DNA of 63,972 nucleotides, the filler included, from Salisapilia sapeloensis CBS 127946 (lineage: Eukaryota > Protista > Oomycota): assembly GCA_023334545.1 (NCBI GenBank). It is 10 parts of 10 records of this genome, joined end to end, with 100 filler letters (N's around TTAATTAATTAA, not from the genome) between each part and the next. Parts side by side here need not be neighbours in the genome. Positions count along the whole stretch, not along the records: positions 1 to 5,393 come from JAADVB010000621.1; positions 5,494 to 13,871 come from JAADVB010000492.1; 8 more parts are not named here. One strand, 5' to 3'. This document shows positions 1 through 11,376 of this stretch, piece by piece. Each line of letters begins with the position of its first letter. Position 1 is the first letter of the stretch. Under the pieces are notes generated by a model. That model searched no databases. It saw only the letters and a list, made by a program, of their open reading frames with translations, and was not told where the DNA came from. The position numbers and the translations under genes were made by a program.

Positions 1-141
1 CGCCGCCGCCGGTCTCGTCGGACCACAATAGCGTCCGTGAACGTCGTCATCCTTCCACTCCCGAATAAAGGTACCAAGGACGACCTAGGAGCAAGTCTAC
101 CTCGACTCCTTTTTCAAATGCCTCGTCAAACTCATCGTCTC
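1..141 (+). repeat. 141-bp repeat, left copy; exact reverse complement of 5253-5393; probably the end of an interspersed element
   Basis: Base-by-base comparison shows 1-141 is the reverse complement of 5253-5393. It contains AATAAA. Both copies run off the available sequence at the same base. Confidence 0.95.
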
Positions 142-401
142 AAGTAAATGCCCCCAGTAAAGTCAAATTGAAGTACGCTGAATCTTCGTATGTTGCGAGT
201 AAAAAGGACCAGGGATGGTAAAGTGTAAAATCGTTCTTCAGTTTTCACGAGCGGCCATGGAGCAGTAGGCATCTCTTCTCGCGCACTCGTGTCCTTCCTC
301 TGCTACTACATCCCACTTACAGCATACCAAACATAACACCAAGGACGAAAGAACAGATTCCGATCGCCAAAGTATCTTCTACAAAACATCAAACATCACA
401 A

Positions 402-3113
402 ATGAGCGACCTTCCTAGTCATGTCGACGTGTGGGCATGCGCCCGAGACAACCATCCGACCCACTTGTCTGCTCTCCTCAAAGGAGCAGGGAAGCTGGTG
501 GATGAAAGGAACGACAATGGGGAAACCGCCCTCCATATTGCAGCCTCCTACGGCCATGAAAGCGTCGTCGAGCTGCTTCTTCAACATGGCGCGAATCTCG
601 TCCTGAAAGACGTCGAATCCGGATGGACACCATTGCATCGCAGCATGTACCACCACCACATCTCCACCTCTCTCCTCCTTTTACGAACGGCAAAAGTACA
701 ATGTGGACGACCATTTATGCTATCCTACCTCTACGATCTATGTGATCATGAACACCGTAGTGCCATGGCTTTGCTCACGACGTCGTCCAACGTCCAGAAG
801 ACAATGGATAATGGTGGTCACATCTATACCTTTGGTAAAGTAGATTTCCAGCTCGGGTACTACCTTCCGAATGCAGACATCCAGTCATCTCCAAAGCTCG
901 TGGAGCTTCCAACGCCGGCCAAGATCGTCCAAGTAAGTGCTAGCAAGTACCATACAATAGCTGTATCCGAATCGGGAGAGTGCTTCGCATGGGGATTCGG
1001 AAAAGGTGGGAGACTTGGCACTGGGAATGAAGCAGAGTACGTCCTTCGCTCTTGGTAGTTTCGTAGAGGTACTGACATGTCCTCTAGTCACATGGAGCCG
1101 ATTAAGATACAAGCACTGACGGATATACCGATTGCGGCTGTGGCGTGTGGAGATACGCATACGCTTGCGGTTTCGACTTCCCATCAGCTCTATTCGTGGG
1201 GTGCCAATGGATTCGGACAGCTCGGACACTCCACCTCTCGTTCTATGCGCGATCGATTCCTTCCTAAGCGCGTTGACTATTTTAAACACATTCCTGTCCT
1301 TACAGTCGCTGCGTCTGGTTGCCACTCGGCTGTCATCGCCCAAACAACCTCCGCCGTTGTGTATACGTGGGGGAGCAACAAGAAGGGTCAATTGGGTTAT
1401 CGAGATGCTTTTAATTCCGACCAGAACGTCTCTACGCCTCGGTCTGTCGACACATTGCTTTCATCCCATCCTCAGAGTGTCCTTCCTGATACGCTCATGA
1501 GTTGGACACCTACGCAGTTGGCCGTGTCGGATGTACGCACGTGTGTCTTGGTAGAGGGCACGCGCAACGGACGGCACTATGGCCATGTATACCAGTGTGG
1601 CGATGGTAGCTACACATTGTCTCGCGTCCTCTTCCGATCTGGGAATGCGAGTGGGAAGATTCTGTCGGACAAGTGGCAACCTTCTTGTCACCAGGATCGA
1701 GACCATAGCGTCGACCACATGACGTCCATCTCGTGTGCTTTACACCACTGCATGGCCTTGTCCAGCACAGGAGATGTCTACACGTGGGGTCATGATGAAC
1801 TAACATCATCTCTACCCAAGAGCAAGAAACATGGGAACGTCCCTGGTACACCCCAACGCATCGATCTGTCCAGGTACCCTCCGATCCGACACATTAGTGC
1901 ATCGTACAATCACTATGCGGTCGTGACGGAGGAAGGAGACTTGGTGACCTGGGGAGGAGGACAGCAAGGTGTCTTGGGTCACGGTGCAAAGACGACGTGG
2001 CAGCCCATTCCGAAGCGCGTGGAAGGCGTCAAGAAAGTGACGATGGCAGCCGCTGGACATAGTCACATGGCGATCCTCGTGACGCCCGAGCTACCCGAAG
2101 ACAAGCTCCAGAGGGCCGACAGTCTGCTTGGAATGGTCGAGGAGGAAGTCGTCCGATGGGTCGACCTCTCCAACGTCGTCATGCTGTACCAGTACTCGCT
2201 CGTGCTGGACACGCCTGCTTTGCGACGATACTGTCAGCAGTATCTCGAGTGCAATTGGGACTTAATATTGGAGACTGGAGGTGGGAAAGGAGGTAGTAAG
2301 GAGCGACTGGAGATGCTATTTGACCATCTCTTGGAGAAGCTGACGGACGCGCAGAAGAAGGTGCTACAGAATGCTGCCAGTGAAGTGGAGAAGGCGAAGA
2401 AGAATGGCATGATGAAGAGGAGGAGCTCTTCCATCACAGACAAAAAGGAGACCGAGTCGCTACTTAAACCGATCAAGTCGGAGAAGCCGAAGAAGAAGAA
2501 GGATGTGGCTGTCGATGAAGCTGCGTCTCGACCTCCCGTACCACCCAAGACGAATAGTCCATGGAGCAACGCCGTTCCGTCTTCTCCGTACACTACTCAA
2601 GTGACTCCGAAGAAGTCTCCTTCTCCCTCTCCTCCTTTGCATCCGAATCGTATGAGTCCATTGGCGTTACCGCAGACGTCCCCAGTACTAAAGTCGGACG
2701 GAAGTGCGCATACGCGCGTCTCATCCTTTTCTCTAAATGACTTTATGAAACCCAAACGAAAGCATAGTGCCCCGAAAGCAGCACCCGCATGGCGTTCGGA
2801 GCCTTCGTTGCCGAAGAAAAAGTCGTTGATGGAGATCCAAGCCGAGGAAGAAGCCAACACTTCCAAGCAAGACCGAGTCAAGTCAAAGCACTTGGACACT
2901 GTGAATAGCTGGGGTCGTCTGGAAGAACGCAAGCAAGTGGATCTCGCCGAAGTGCAACGTCTGCAGCATGAAGAAGCGCAGATTGCAGAACAGCGACAGA
3001 TACTTGCAGAGATCGAGCGGGAGAACAAGGCTGCAAAGAAGAAGGCTCGACGAAAGAAGGAGAAGGAGAAGAAGACACGTAAGAAGAAGATGGGATCAAC
3101 ACAAGCTGCCTAG
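402..3113 (+). CDS. Ankyrin repeat + RCC1 repeat + BACK-like protein (IBTK-like architecture), 2 exons
   Basis: Ankyrin motifs GETALHIAASYGH and GWTPLHRS. RCC1 motifs such as FAWGFGKGGRLG, YSWGANGFGQLG and YTWGSNKKGQLG. BACK-like segment LRRYCQQYLECNW and a C-terminal SLMEIQAEEE motif. A GT-AG intron at 1037-1087 joins ORFs 402-1058 and 1077-3113 in frame (GNEAD-HMEP). Confidence 0.85.
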
Positions 3114-3283
3114 TACCTCTCTTCAATCTACCACGACGCTCTTTTGTTATGTGTAGAGACTTGAAGTTTTTCTCTTGTTTTTTGTATACTCTGCTTGGAA
3201 TTCCATGCCCAGATGTAGCCATAGAAACCGATCCATCCCACCCTTTTTCCCTCTCGTTCTTCATTTTCCCTCTTTCGCCCTAC

Positions 3284-4925
3284 ATGGCACTCTCTTCGTG
3301 CATCCAAAAACATCGTAACATGGCCCTCTACCGACGAGCCGTACGTCGAGGTCTGTTGGCACGGAAACGACATGCACATATGGCACCAGCATCACTTCCG
3401 TCGACCAAGGAAGAGAGTGACAACGTACCATCTTCCCCCATCTCCACCACCGCCGTCGATATGCAAAGCGACCATAGTGAAGAGGCTGCGGCAGTCGTGC
3501 CTGCCCCACCACTCACTCGCACATCAGCAATCGAAGATCCGAGCAGCACATGGGGCGGCATGCTTTGGAGCCTCGTGGCTATGTTCCAGCCTGCGCCATC
3601 CCAGATCACCATCGAGGTAGCAACTCGTATGCTATTTATATACATGTAATTCTCATGTTAGAGAGTAGAAACCGGCGGACCCGAAGCATGAGGTACTGAC
3701 AGAAGCTCAAGTGCCGTGCATTCCATCCGAGGCATCGGAAGTCGTACAAGGAAGCAGGCGAGGTACATTGAAGCAAGTAAAATAGAGTACATGGTCACTT
3801 ATACATACGATAGAAAAGTTCTGGCGCTGTGATATGGACAGTTATGCTGCGAATCGACAGAATGAAGATCGAATGCAGTCGATTCGAGACGAATTTGTCA
3901 TCCTGGACGGCGAGAAGCAGACCCCCGTCTTCTTCACTGGCTGCTACGACGGCCATGGAGGAGATCAAGCCGTCGACTACGTCTGTCGTAATCTGTACGA
4001 CAACATCAAGTCGCATCTCACCAACAACCAAGTCACTTCTATCAGCGACGCCATCATCAAGGTACATCTCCCTCCCGCTTTCGTCTCCTCCTCCTTTAAC
4101 CTCTTCCTAGGGATTCGAGGTGACGGACGAACAATTCCACGACAGCTCTCGTCGTCAGTTCCAGGAAGGCACTTGGAACGCTTGCTCTGGTACTTTTATC
4201 CTTCCACCTCTCTCCTCTTTATCATACTCATGTGTATCATAGCTGGATCGTGTGCTGTGATTGCCATGATCATCGGAACGAAGCTCTTTATCGCCGGATG
4301 CGGAGACTGTCGAGCTATCGTCGGTGTGCGAGATGAGAGCTATCGCATCACTGCTCAGCAGATCACTCGCGACCACTCTGCGAATGAAGCGAGTGAGCAG
4401 GAGAAGCTGCGTCTCTTGTTCCCAGAAGACCACGACATCCTCCGCAGCATCGGAAATGACACGTTCTACGTCAAAGGTCGTCTCCAGCCGACTCGGACGA
4501 TCGGAGACACGTACCTCAAGTTCTCCGACGTGAACCAGTCGCCAATGCCAAAGGCACTGCGTATTCAAGGAAGCTTCTCCCAGTCGTACATCTCGTCCAC
4601 TCCGGATGTGTTTGAAGTGGATTTAAGAGGAAGAGATCGACCGGAGTTTGTCGTCTTGGGATCCGACGGACTGTTTGGCGAGTTGGATAATAATGAAGTG
4701 GCGAAACAAGTCTACAAGTACCGCAAGGAAGGGTATGCGAATGCTGCGTTGGCATTGCGGAAACTGGCGCTGACGAAAGCAGCGGCTGCCTGTGGTATGG
4801 GCGTAAAGGAATTTGTGAACATTCTACCTGGCTTTCGACGTGACTATCATGACGATATCACGGCGAGTGTGTTGCATTTGAAGGAACCAAGGCGTCAAGT
4901 TGCGCAAGGAGCCAAGGCTGCCTAG
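3284..4925 (+). CDS. PP2C (PPM-family) protein phosphatase, multi-exon; 5' exons tentative
   Basis: PPM motifs NEDR, GCYDGHGG, GSCA..GDCRA, GRLQPTRTIGD, LGSDGL and HDDIT. Two inferred introns (49 nt from 4062 and 53 nt from 4190) restore a sensible core. The N-terminal extension from 3284 can be spliced in frame. Confidence 0.85.
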
Positions 4926-5252
4926 CTCGTGTGAGTACACAAGGCAGAAGTGGATTCAAGTGCAGGACTGTCAGATGCACATACGAAATGCATATTTATA
5001 TTCGAGTTACTTGGGTTGGGCATTTCATTTTATCTCGCTACTTCATTTCTCATGGTTCAGTACTAGTATTCGTACGCGAATATGTTCATCTTTCGACAGA
5101 AGTGCATACATGGAGGGGATACAGTTGTCTCTAGAAATCATAGCTTTTGGCGCCAAAGCATTCGCCTTTACTCGTTTACGTTGTCCTGAAAAACAAGGGT
5201 TTCAAACACTAGCCGTTTGAATACTATTGGATAGTATTACTGATATTTAATC

Positions 5253-5393
5253 GAGACGATGAGTTTGACGAGGCATTTGAAAAAGGAGTCGAGGTAGACT
5301 TGCTCCTAGGTCGTCCTTGGTACCTTTATTCGGGAGTGGAAGGATGACGACGTTCACGGACGCTATTGTGGTCCGACGAGACCGGCGGCGGCG
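5253..5393 (-). repeat. 141-bp repeat, right copy (inverted relative to 1-141)
   Basis: Exact reverse complement of 1-141, ending at a gap. Confidence 0.95.
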
Positions 5394-5493
5394 NNNNNNN
5401 NNNNNNNNNNNNNNNNNNNNNNNNNNNNNNNNNNNNNTTAATTAATTAANNNNNNNNNNNNNNNNNNNNNNNNNNNNNNNNNNNNNNNNNNNN
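5394..5493. other. Artificial contig spacer (N44-TTAATTAATTAA-N44)
   Basis: Fixed 100-bp spacer whose 12-mer gives a stop in all six frames; repeated nine times in the window. Confidence 0.98.
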
Positions 5494-5591
5494 AAAAGTT
5501 GGCCAGAAGCGTCATGTCTTCTGGTAGGAGGGAGATGGCGACACCGAACGGCACGGCGAACGCAATGATAGAGAGCAAATTCGCTTCGGCA
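5494..5591. repeat. 98-bp exact direct repeat shared with 13774-13871 (the two ends of one contig)
   Basis: Identical sequence aaaagttggccagaagc...gcttcggca at both contig ends. Confidence 0.95.
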
Positions 5592-6298
5592 AAGGCTGCA
5601 GTAATGTTGCTAGGTACAAGCGTCTTGAGCTGACTCTGGAGTGCTTCCGTTAGCGTGCGTTCGGCATACTCGCTCTCGGCCTCGGCAAAGTAGCCGTTGA
5701 TGTCTTCGACCATAAAGATGGACGAGTTGGAGTGGTTACCGTCCGACTTGAACTTTTCATCGACGACACATTCGATGGTGCCGTTGACATTGGTCAGGTA
5801 TTCATCGTCTTCCTGGCACTGGAAAGCGAATTTGGCTGATTCATCCGTCTCTGGTCTCTTCTCGTTGCTGAACACAGGTCGGAAGATGATGACCCAGATG
5901 AGACCTTCGATCGAGGCGCAGACCGTCGTGATCACGTACATGAGTGCAGCCGATGAGCCGATCTTGCCAGCTTTTCCGACAGCAAGCATGTCTGCCATAC
6001 CGACGACCAACGAGCAAAAGACGAGCGGTGCGACTAAGCAGCTCACGGCGTTAATAAAGAGCGTTCCGAGGATGCCGACCCAGGAGGTGACGACTTCGGA
6101 CGGATTCGCGGTTTGCACGGCAATGCCGACAACGATGCCGAGAATGGCGCCGATCAAGACACCAGGGACGCCGAGGTAGTGTTTTTTGATGAACCCTTTG
6201 ATGCCAGGTTGCTGCGGGGGTTTCTCATCATGCTGCTGTTCGTCGTAGAGTGGTGGCGTGCCAGCCACTTCGTAGTCCGCTCCTGGAGATCCTGCCAT
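5494..6298 (-). CDS. DAACS/SLC1 amino acid:cation symporter, copy A, 5' half (truncated by gap)
   Basis: GILGTLFINAVSCLVAPLVFCSLVVG and SNITAAFAEANLLSIIAFAVPFG; collinear with the full paralogue at 9693-11327. Confidence 0.9.
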
Positions 6299-6333
6299 GC
6301 TTTTCTTCTTGTGAGGAGCTTGCGATCGGCAGG

Positions 6334-6351
6334 GCGAATTCGAAAATGAAC
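6334..6351 (-). promoter_or_regulatory. Oomycete INR+FPR core promoter of DAACS copy A
   Basis: Minus strand GTTCATTTTCGAATTCGC, about 35 nt upstream of the ATG, resembling the TCAYTY..MWTTTNC consensus. Confidence 0.6.
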
Positions 6352-9300
6352 CAAGTCGGTTGAAGCGAGGCGGGACCTTTGATCCTGCAGAGGTGTATTC
6401 CGAAAAATACGAAAAACAAGTGGAGAAGATAATCAGGTCATGTGACAGGCCGGTCCATCAAGATGCGAACCTCTGACAGCATCTACATTATGCATGCGAC
6501 GGATGCGGAGGCTTATAGTATTTTCGTCTCTGCTAGATGGAGCAGAGGTAGCATTGGAAGTTGAGACTAGGAAGCCAGGATAGCACACTGTTTGCGAGGA
6601 AGGATTCGCCGATGAGCCCATTCAATCAACGCGACCTGTCTATGTTTTGCTAGACCGTAAATTTTCAATCTGATGCGCGCAGTGTATCTCGATGTACCTC
6701 CGTATAGCCAGCATATACGGTGCAGATTCAAGACGCTGGCCGTTGCAAGAGACGCTGGCGCATTGAAACTCCACAGAGAGATCACATCGAGGTCGAGTAC
6801 CAGAACTTTTCGCCAACTCATGGCGCATTGTAAGTGTAGAGGCGTAGGATACCAATTCATCGTACTAAACAAGTCCCACTTTCCACAGAAGTCTATTAAT
6901 TTTTGCTACTCGGTCTTGACAGGAAAGCATCTTCCTGTCAGAGGTACAACATGAGGATGCGTAAAAGCAGCGTTTGGACAACTGGGAGTATACAAAGCAG
7001 TGGGAAAGCATTTACTGTAGATTTCATGCTGTTGCATCTACTTCGAGTTGCGTTGAAACTTGATTCTTCGTCGCAACAAGTTCAAGATTGGTCACGCGAC
7101 GAGAGCATGTCTTCAACAAAGATGCCAAAGCGTTGCGTTTAAATGAAAATTCACGTAGAATATCAGGTACCCATGCTGTGTCCCTGGGATGCTAGCAGTC
7201 AGGTCGCTGGGATATGTTTCAGCGGCGCTAGAGAGAGTGGTCAAATACGTGTCGACAAATTTCGTTGGGAGAGTTGCATGCGAATGTCATCCCTGTTCAA
7301 CCTCTTAAAAACGTTGCCGATCCCCTACACACACTTCACGATTCTAATCGTGTTCCACTTGTCGCTTCATCTCTCTTCGTGGAAGGAATACGATATCTGG
7401 GGTACGCTCGAGGTATCTGGTCGTGTTGAAGTTTCATTGAAGCACAATGATGTCAAAGAGCCGTATAATCAATCGATTTTCAGTAGGCAATGTATGTACA
7501 TATGAACTAACGCTTTGAATGTGAAACATGTTTTGCATGTGAATGTGCAACACGATGTACGAGATAGATGGCTGGACCTTCGGAAGCAGCCACACTCGCT
7601 CCACATCGCGATCAAAATTTGAGAGTAGATTAATCTAGCAATCTTCCGCAGTTTATTCTTTCCCCAAACGTTTTTTCGAGTGACTGTGAAGCCTTGCGGT
7701 AACCGATTGTACCCATAATATCCAGCTACCTCGGAGTGCCCTCCCACCGTGGTGCTGGCTCGGCTGAGGATCATACAGAGAGAACCAACAGCTTTTGAAA
7801 TTTTGCAATAGACACCACTTGCCACGTGGATGTGCGAAAAGTAAAAGGCTATGGGCCACTCCTAGACGATTCACAGAAACTCAGATCTTTTCTACGTCGC
7901 GATATGCGCACTGAATTGATTCTTCTTTACAAACAAGTGCTACGTACAATAGCACGAACTGTAGAAACCTCGCGGGTTCGACCAGCAACAAGAACATTAT
8001 CAGTTGAACGGAGATCGACAAACCTATGAACGTATTGGATAAGGTCGAGTATATGTTTTAGCATGCTGCTGTAGAAATGAAGACGAGGGGCTTGCTTAAA
8101 CGGATTGCATTGCTTTCGTGATTGTAAATTGTCCTATATTAGGCAAATGCCAAGATGATACAGTTCGATTCTAAGTGTAGCTATGCGATTTATCACCCTT
8201 TAACTTAAACAAGCTCAATTGGGCGAGCATATTATTGCCGGAATGATTCAGGCGTTGAAAGCTATACAGAGCGGTCGATAAGGTGGTGCCCATCAATAGA
8301 CACAGCCCGTGGAGTACACTACTCGTAGTAGCATTGGACTCCGTAAGACCGTACGGTTGAATTTTTGCCTTATTAAGCTAGTCTATTCACATGATGCTCC
8401 TATGTATTGATGGTATCTCGATATCTATGTAGATTAGATAGAAAAAGATATATAAGAGAGATGACTGTGCTCCTCTAAGAACTTTATATATTTTACTTGC
8501 ACAAGCTTAGAGTTCAAACATCAATATAAGAAACCCATTCACGCCATCATTCGGCCCAGCGTCGAATTCGACAGCAACGTCGGTGCCGTGAATACTAGCG
8601 AAATGGGACAGTTGACTATGCAGACGAGGTAGCAGAAGAGCTGAAGCGTTAACTGGTGCTTAAGGGGTGGTATGCATCCATTTCACTGCATACTACTTTT
8701 CAGGAAACGGACAAGTAGAAGAGAGGTGATGCCAGTTGTCGCAGTACAGCGTCGAAATACTCATAAACAATCTGCTGCATTTTTGCTTTTATGGATAGCA
8801 ATTGCTATTGTGGTTGCCGCCTTCTATAAACCCCATACGACGTAGCTCTCCAACGACCACAAGTATTACTCAGCCTAGAAGATATTTGCGAGACCCTATC
8901 TAGTTCGCGAAGATAACACAAAATGAATCGCCATCATCTATTTGTTCATAGAAGCGAAGCTTTATAGGAAGCATCGCAAAAGCAGACGAATTTAAAGGTT
9001 AGCAACTGAACAATTTGGAGGATACTATCCTTTCAGGACGACGCTCCACATTCTGACTGTATTCAGCTATCTCTTGTATACCAAGTAGGTGAAGGGCAGG
9101 ATGACAGCGTTAAACCAGGAGTTTGTATTATCAGCAACAATCATTTCGTTCTTATACTCCAGATCGTTCGAACTGAAAGACAAAGCGATGTATACTACCG
9201 AGTCCTAGACATTTTTACAGTCACAATCTCTCAAATCGTTGCGCATAGCCTGCTGCAGCAGTTTCTTTCCTTGCCATGTCCCAGGGCATCAATGCATACC

Positions 9301-9692
9301 CCACAACGTACGAGTAGATTGGAAACTTGGCGTGATGCCAAATTTCCAGTGCTCTACATTATGCTTTCGTATGGAGAAAGTGTCTCGTACAAGATATATA
9401 CCATTCCAATCTCACTAATTGCCCAGTCTTGGATCTCAACTGCCAACGGAGCGATCCGTATCTTCCTAATAACTGTCTTGTGGGCGTATGGTGCCTCATG
9501 AGAAGCATATTATAAATTCTTTCAAGTGCAACAAGAACGCAGGAATGGATAGCTACAGCTTTTTTGTTTATTGACAGCTTTATGCTATGAATCAAGCGCT
9601 TCCATTCGAAACCGACCAACTGATCCGACGAAAGTCAAACTACACATACGCGCACACACTTTTTAATTCATCACTTCCGATGAAGAGACAGC

Positions 9693-11327
9693 TTAGATCT
9701 TGCTATCACGCATGACCGGAGCACTGTCCTTGTTCTGCATCAAACCGCCGCGGCTAGAGTAGCGGTTCGAGATACGCTGGAAGGCGGAGTTCAGGCTCTC
9801 GCGGTCCTCCTCTGTGAACTCCGTCTCGCCGACCCAGTGGGCAATGATACGCGAGATGACGGCGTCACCACTGATGTTCGTGCAGGTTGAGAAACGATCG
9901 AGCAGCCAGTCCGTGGCGACGATGAACGAGAACGATGGCGGGAGCGGCACCGACGAGAAGACGCTCGTCCAGACCATCATTGTAATAACGATGGAAGCAG
10001 CCGGGATCGGTCCAGCACCCACGGCACCGAGCGTAGACACGATGATAATGAGCACGTACTCGGTGCTACCGATCAGGGAGCCAAGGCCAGCAGCCTCCGC
10101 CATGAAGACAACGGCAATGGGGTAGCAGATCGCAGCGCCATCCATGTTGACGGTGGCACCGAGCGACAGAACGAAACGAGAGACCGTCTTGGCAACCTGC
10201 TTGGTCGAGTCGACGCAACGCATGGTGACCGGCAAAGTGGCCATCGAAGACGCGCAGGAGAGAGCGAACACTTGTGCCGGTACGAGGAAGCGCATGTACT
10301 TGTAGGGGTTGATGCGCGTGAAAACGAAGAGCAAGCCGGGGTAGATGACCCACAAATGGAACATCATGCCGATAATACTGCACAGAACAAAGGTTCCGAC
10401 GTCATTGACAAGTACCGACAGGTCCTCCTGCTCCGCAATCGTCTGTCCGAGAAGAGAGATGAGGGCGATGGGCGTGCAGACAATGACCCAGTTGATCATT
10501 CGCATGAAAACCTCGTTGACTTCCTGGAAAAAGTTGGCCAAGAGCGTCATCTCGTCCGGGAGAAGGGAGATGGCAACACCGAACGGAATAGCAAAGGCGA
10601 TGATAGAGAGCAAGTCGCCGTTGGCAAAGGCAGACGTAATGTTGCTCGGCACGAGGGTGTTGAGCTGACCCTGAAGAGCCTCAGACAAGGTCGTCTCCTG
10701 ATACTCGCTCTCGGCTTGGGCAAAGTAGCCGTTGATGTCCTCGACCATAAAGATGGACGAGTTGGAGTGGTTGCCGTCCTTGTCGAACTGGCTGTCGGTA
10801 GCGCATTCGAGAGTTCCGTTCACCGAAGTCAAATACTCACCTGGCGTGGGGCACTCGAAAGCGAATTTGGGGGTCGTGTCGGACTCTTCACGTTCCTTGT
10901 TTCCGAAGAGCGGACGGAAGATGATGACCCAAATGAGACCTTCAATGCAAGCAGCGATGGTCGTAATCATGTACATGAGGAAGGCACGGATACCAATCTT
11001 GCCAGCCTTGCCGACGGCGAGCATGTCGGACATACCGACGACAAGAGAACAGAAGACGAGGGGCGACACGAGGCACTTGACAGCGTTGATGAAGAGCGTT
11101 CCGAGGATACCAATCCAAGACGTGGCAACTGACGACGGAGAGGCCGACTGGACGCCGATGCCGAGTACAATACCTAGGATGGCACCGCCGAGAACACCTG
11201 GGACGCCAGCATAGTGACGCTTGAAGGCAGCCCACGGACCTGTGGCCTTGGGGACTTCATCACGGCCATCGTCGTAGAGTGGCGGTGTGTCAGCGACTTC
11301 GTAGTCTCCGTTGGGGGAGGCAGGCAT
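9693..11327 (-). CDS. DAACS/SLC1 amino acid:cation symporter, copy B (544 aa, intronless)
   Basis: HP1 ASSMATLP, TM7 NMDG, HP2 GAGPIPAAS and TM8 DWLLDRFSTCTNISGD. I chose the start MPASP (11327) because a canonical INR+FPR lies just upstream and it matches the start of copy A. Confidence 0.93.
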   Translation of the reverse strand: MPASPNGDYEVADTPPLYDDGRDEVPKATGPWAAFKRHYAGVPGVLGGAILGIVLGIGVQSASPSSVATSWIGILGTLFINAVKCLVSPLVFCSLVVGMSDMLAVGKAGKIGIRAFLMYMITTIAACIEGLIWVIIFRPLFGNKEREESDTTPKFAFECPTPGEYLTSVNGTLECATDSQFDKDGNHSNSSIFMVEDINGYFAQAESEYQETTLSEALQGQLNTLVPSNITSAFANGDLLSIIAFAIPFGVAISLLPDEMTLLANFFQEVNEVFMRMINWVIVCTPIALISLLGQTIAEQEDLSVLVNDVGTFVLCSIIGMMFHLWVIYPGLLFVFTRINPYKYMRFLVPAQVFALSCASSMATLPVTMRCVDSTKQVAKTVSRFVLSLGATVNMDGAAICYPIAVVFMAEAAGLGSLIGSTEYVLIIIVSTLGAVGAGPIPAASIVITMMVWTSVFSSVPLPPSFSFIVATDWLLDRFSTCTNISGDAVISRIIAHWVGETEFTEEDRESLNSAFQRISNRYSSRGGLMQNKDSAPVMRDSKI

Positions 11328-11358
11328 CTTGGCGAAGAGGAGATGTGGGCAAGAGACT

Positions 11359-11376
11359 GCAAATTGCGGAATGAGA
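11359..11376 (-). promoter_or_regulatory. Canonical oomycete INR+FPR core promoter of DAACS copy B
   Basis: Minus strand TCTCATTCCGCAATTTGC, a near-perfect match to the consensus, about 30 nt upstream of the ATG. Confidence 0.8.

Noticed and set aside
6420-9690. 3.3-kb ORF-poor region as a possible decayed transposon or hidden gene
   Set aside because: I found no terminal repeats, TE motifs, internal repeats or spliceable ORF by eye.
10272-11132. 286-aa plus-strand ORF
   Set aside because: Antisense to DAACS copy B; a codon-bias artefact.
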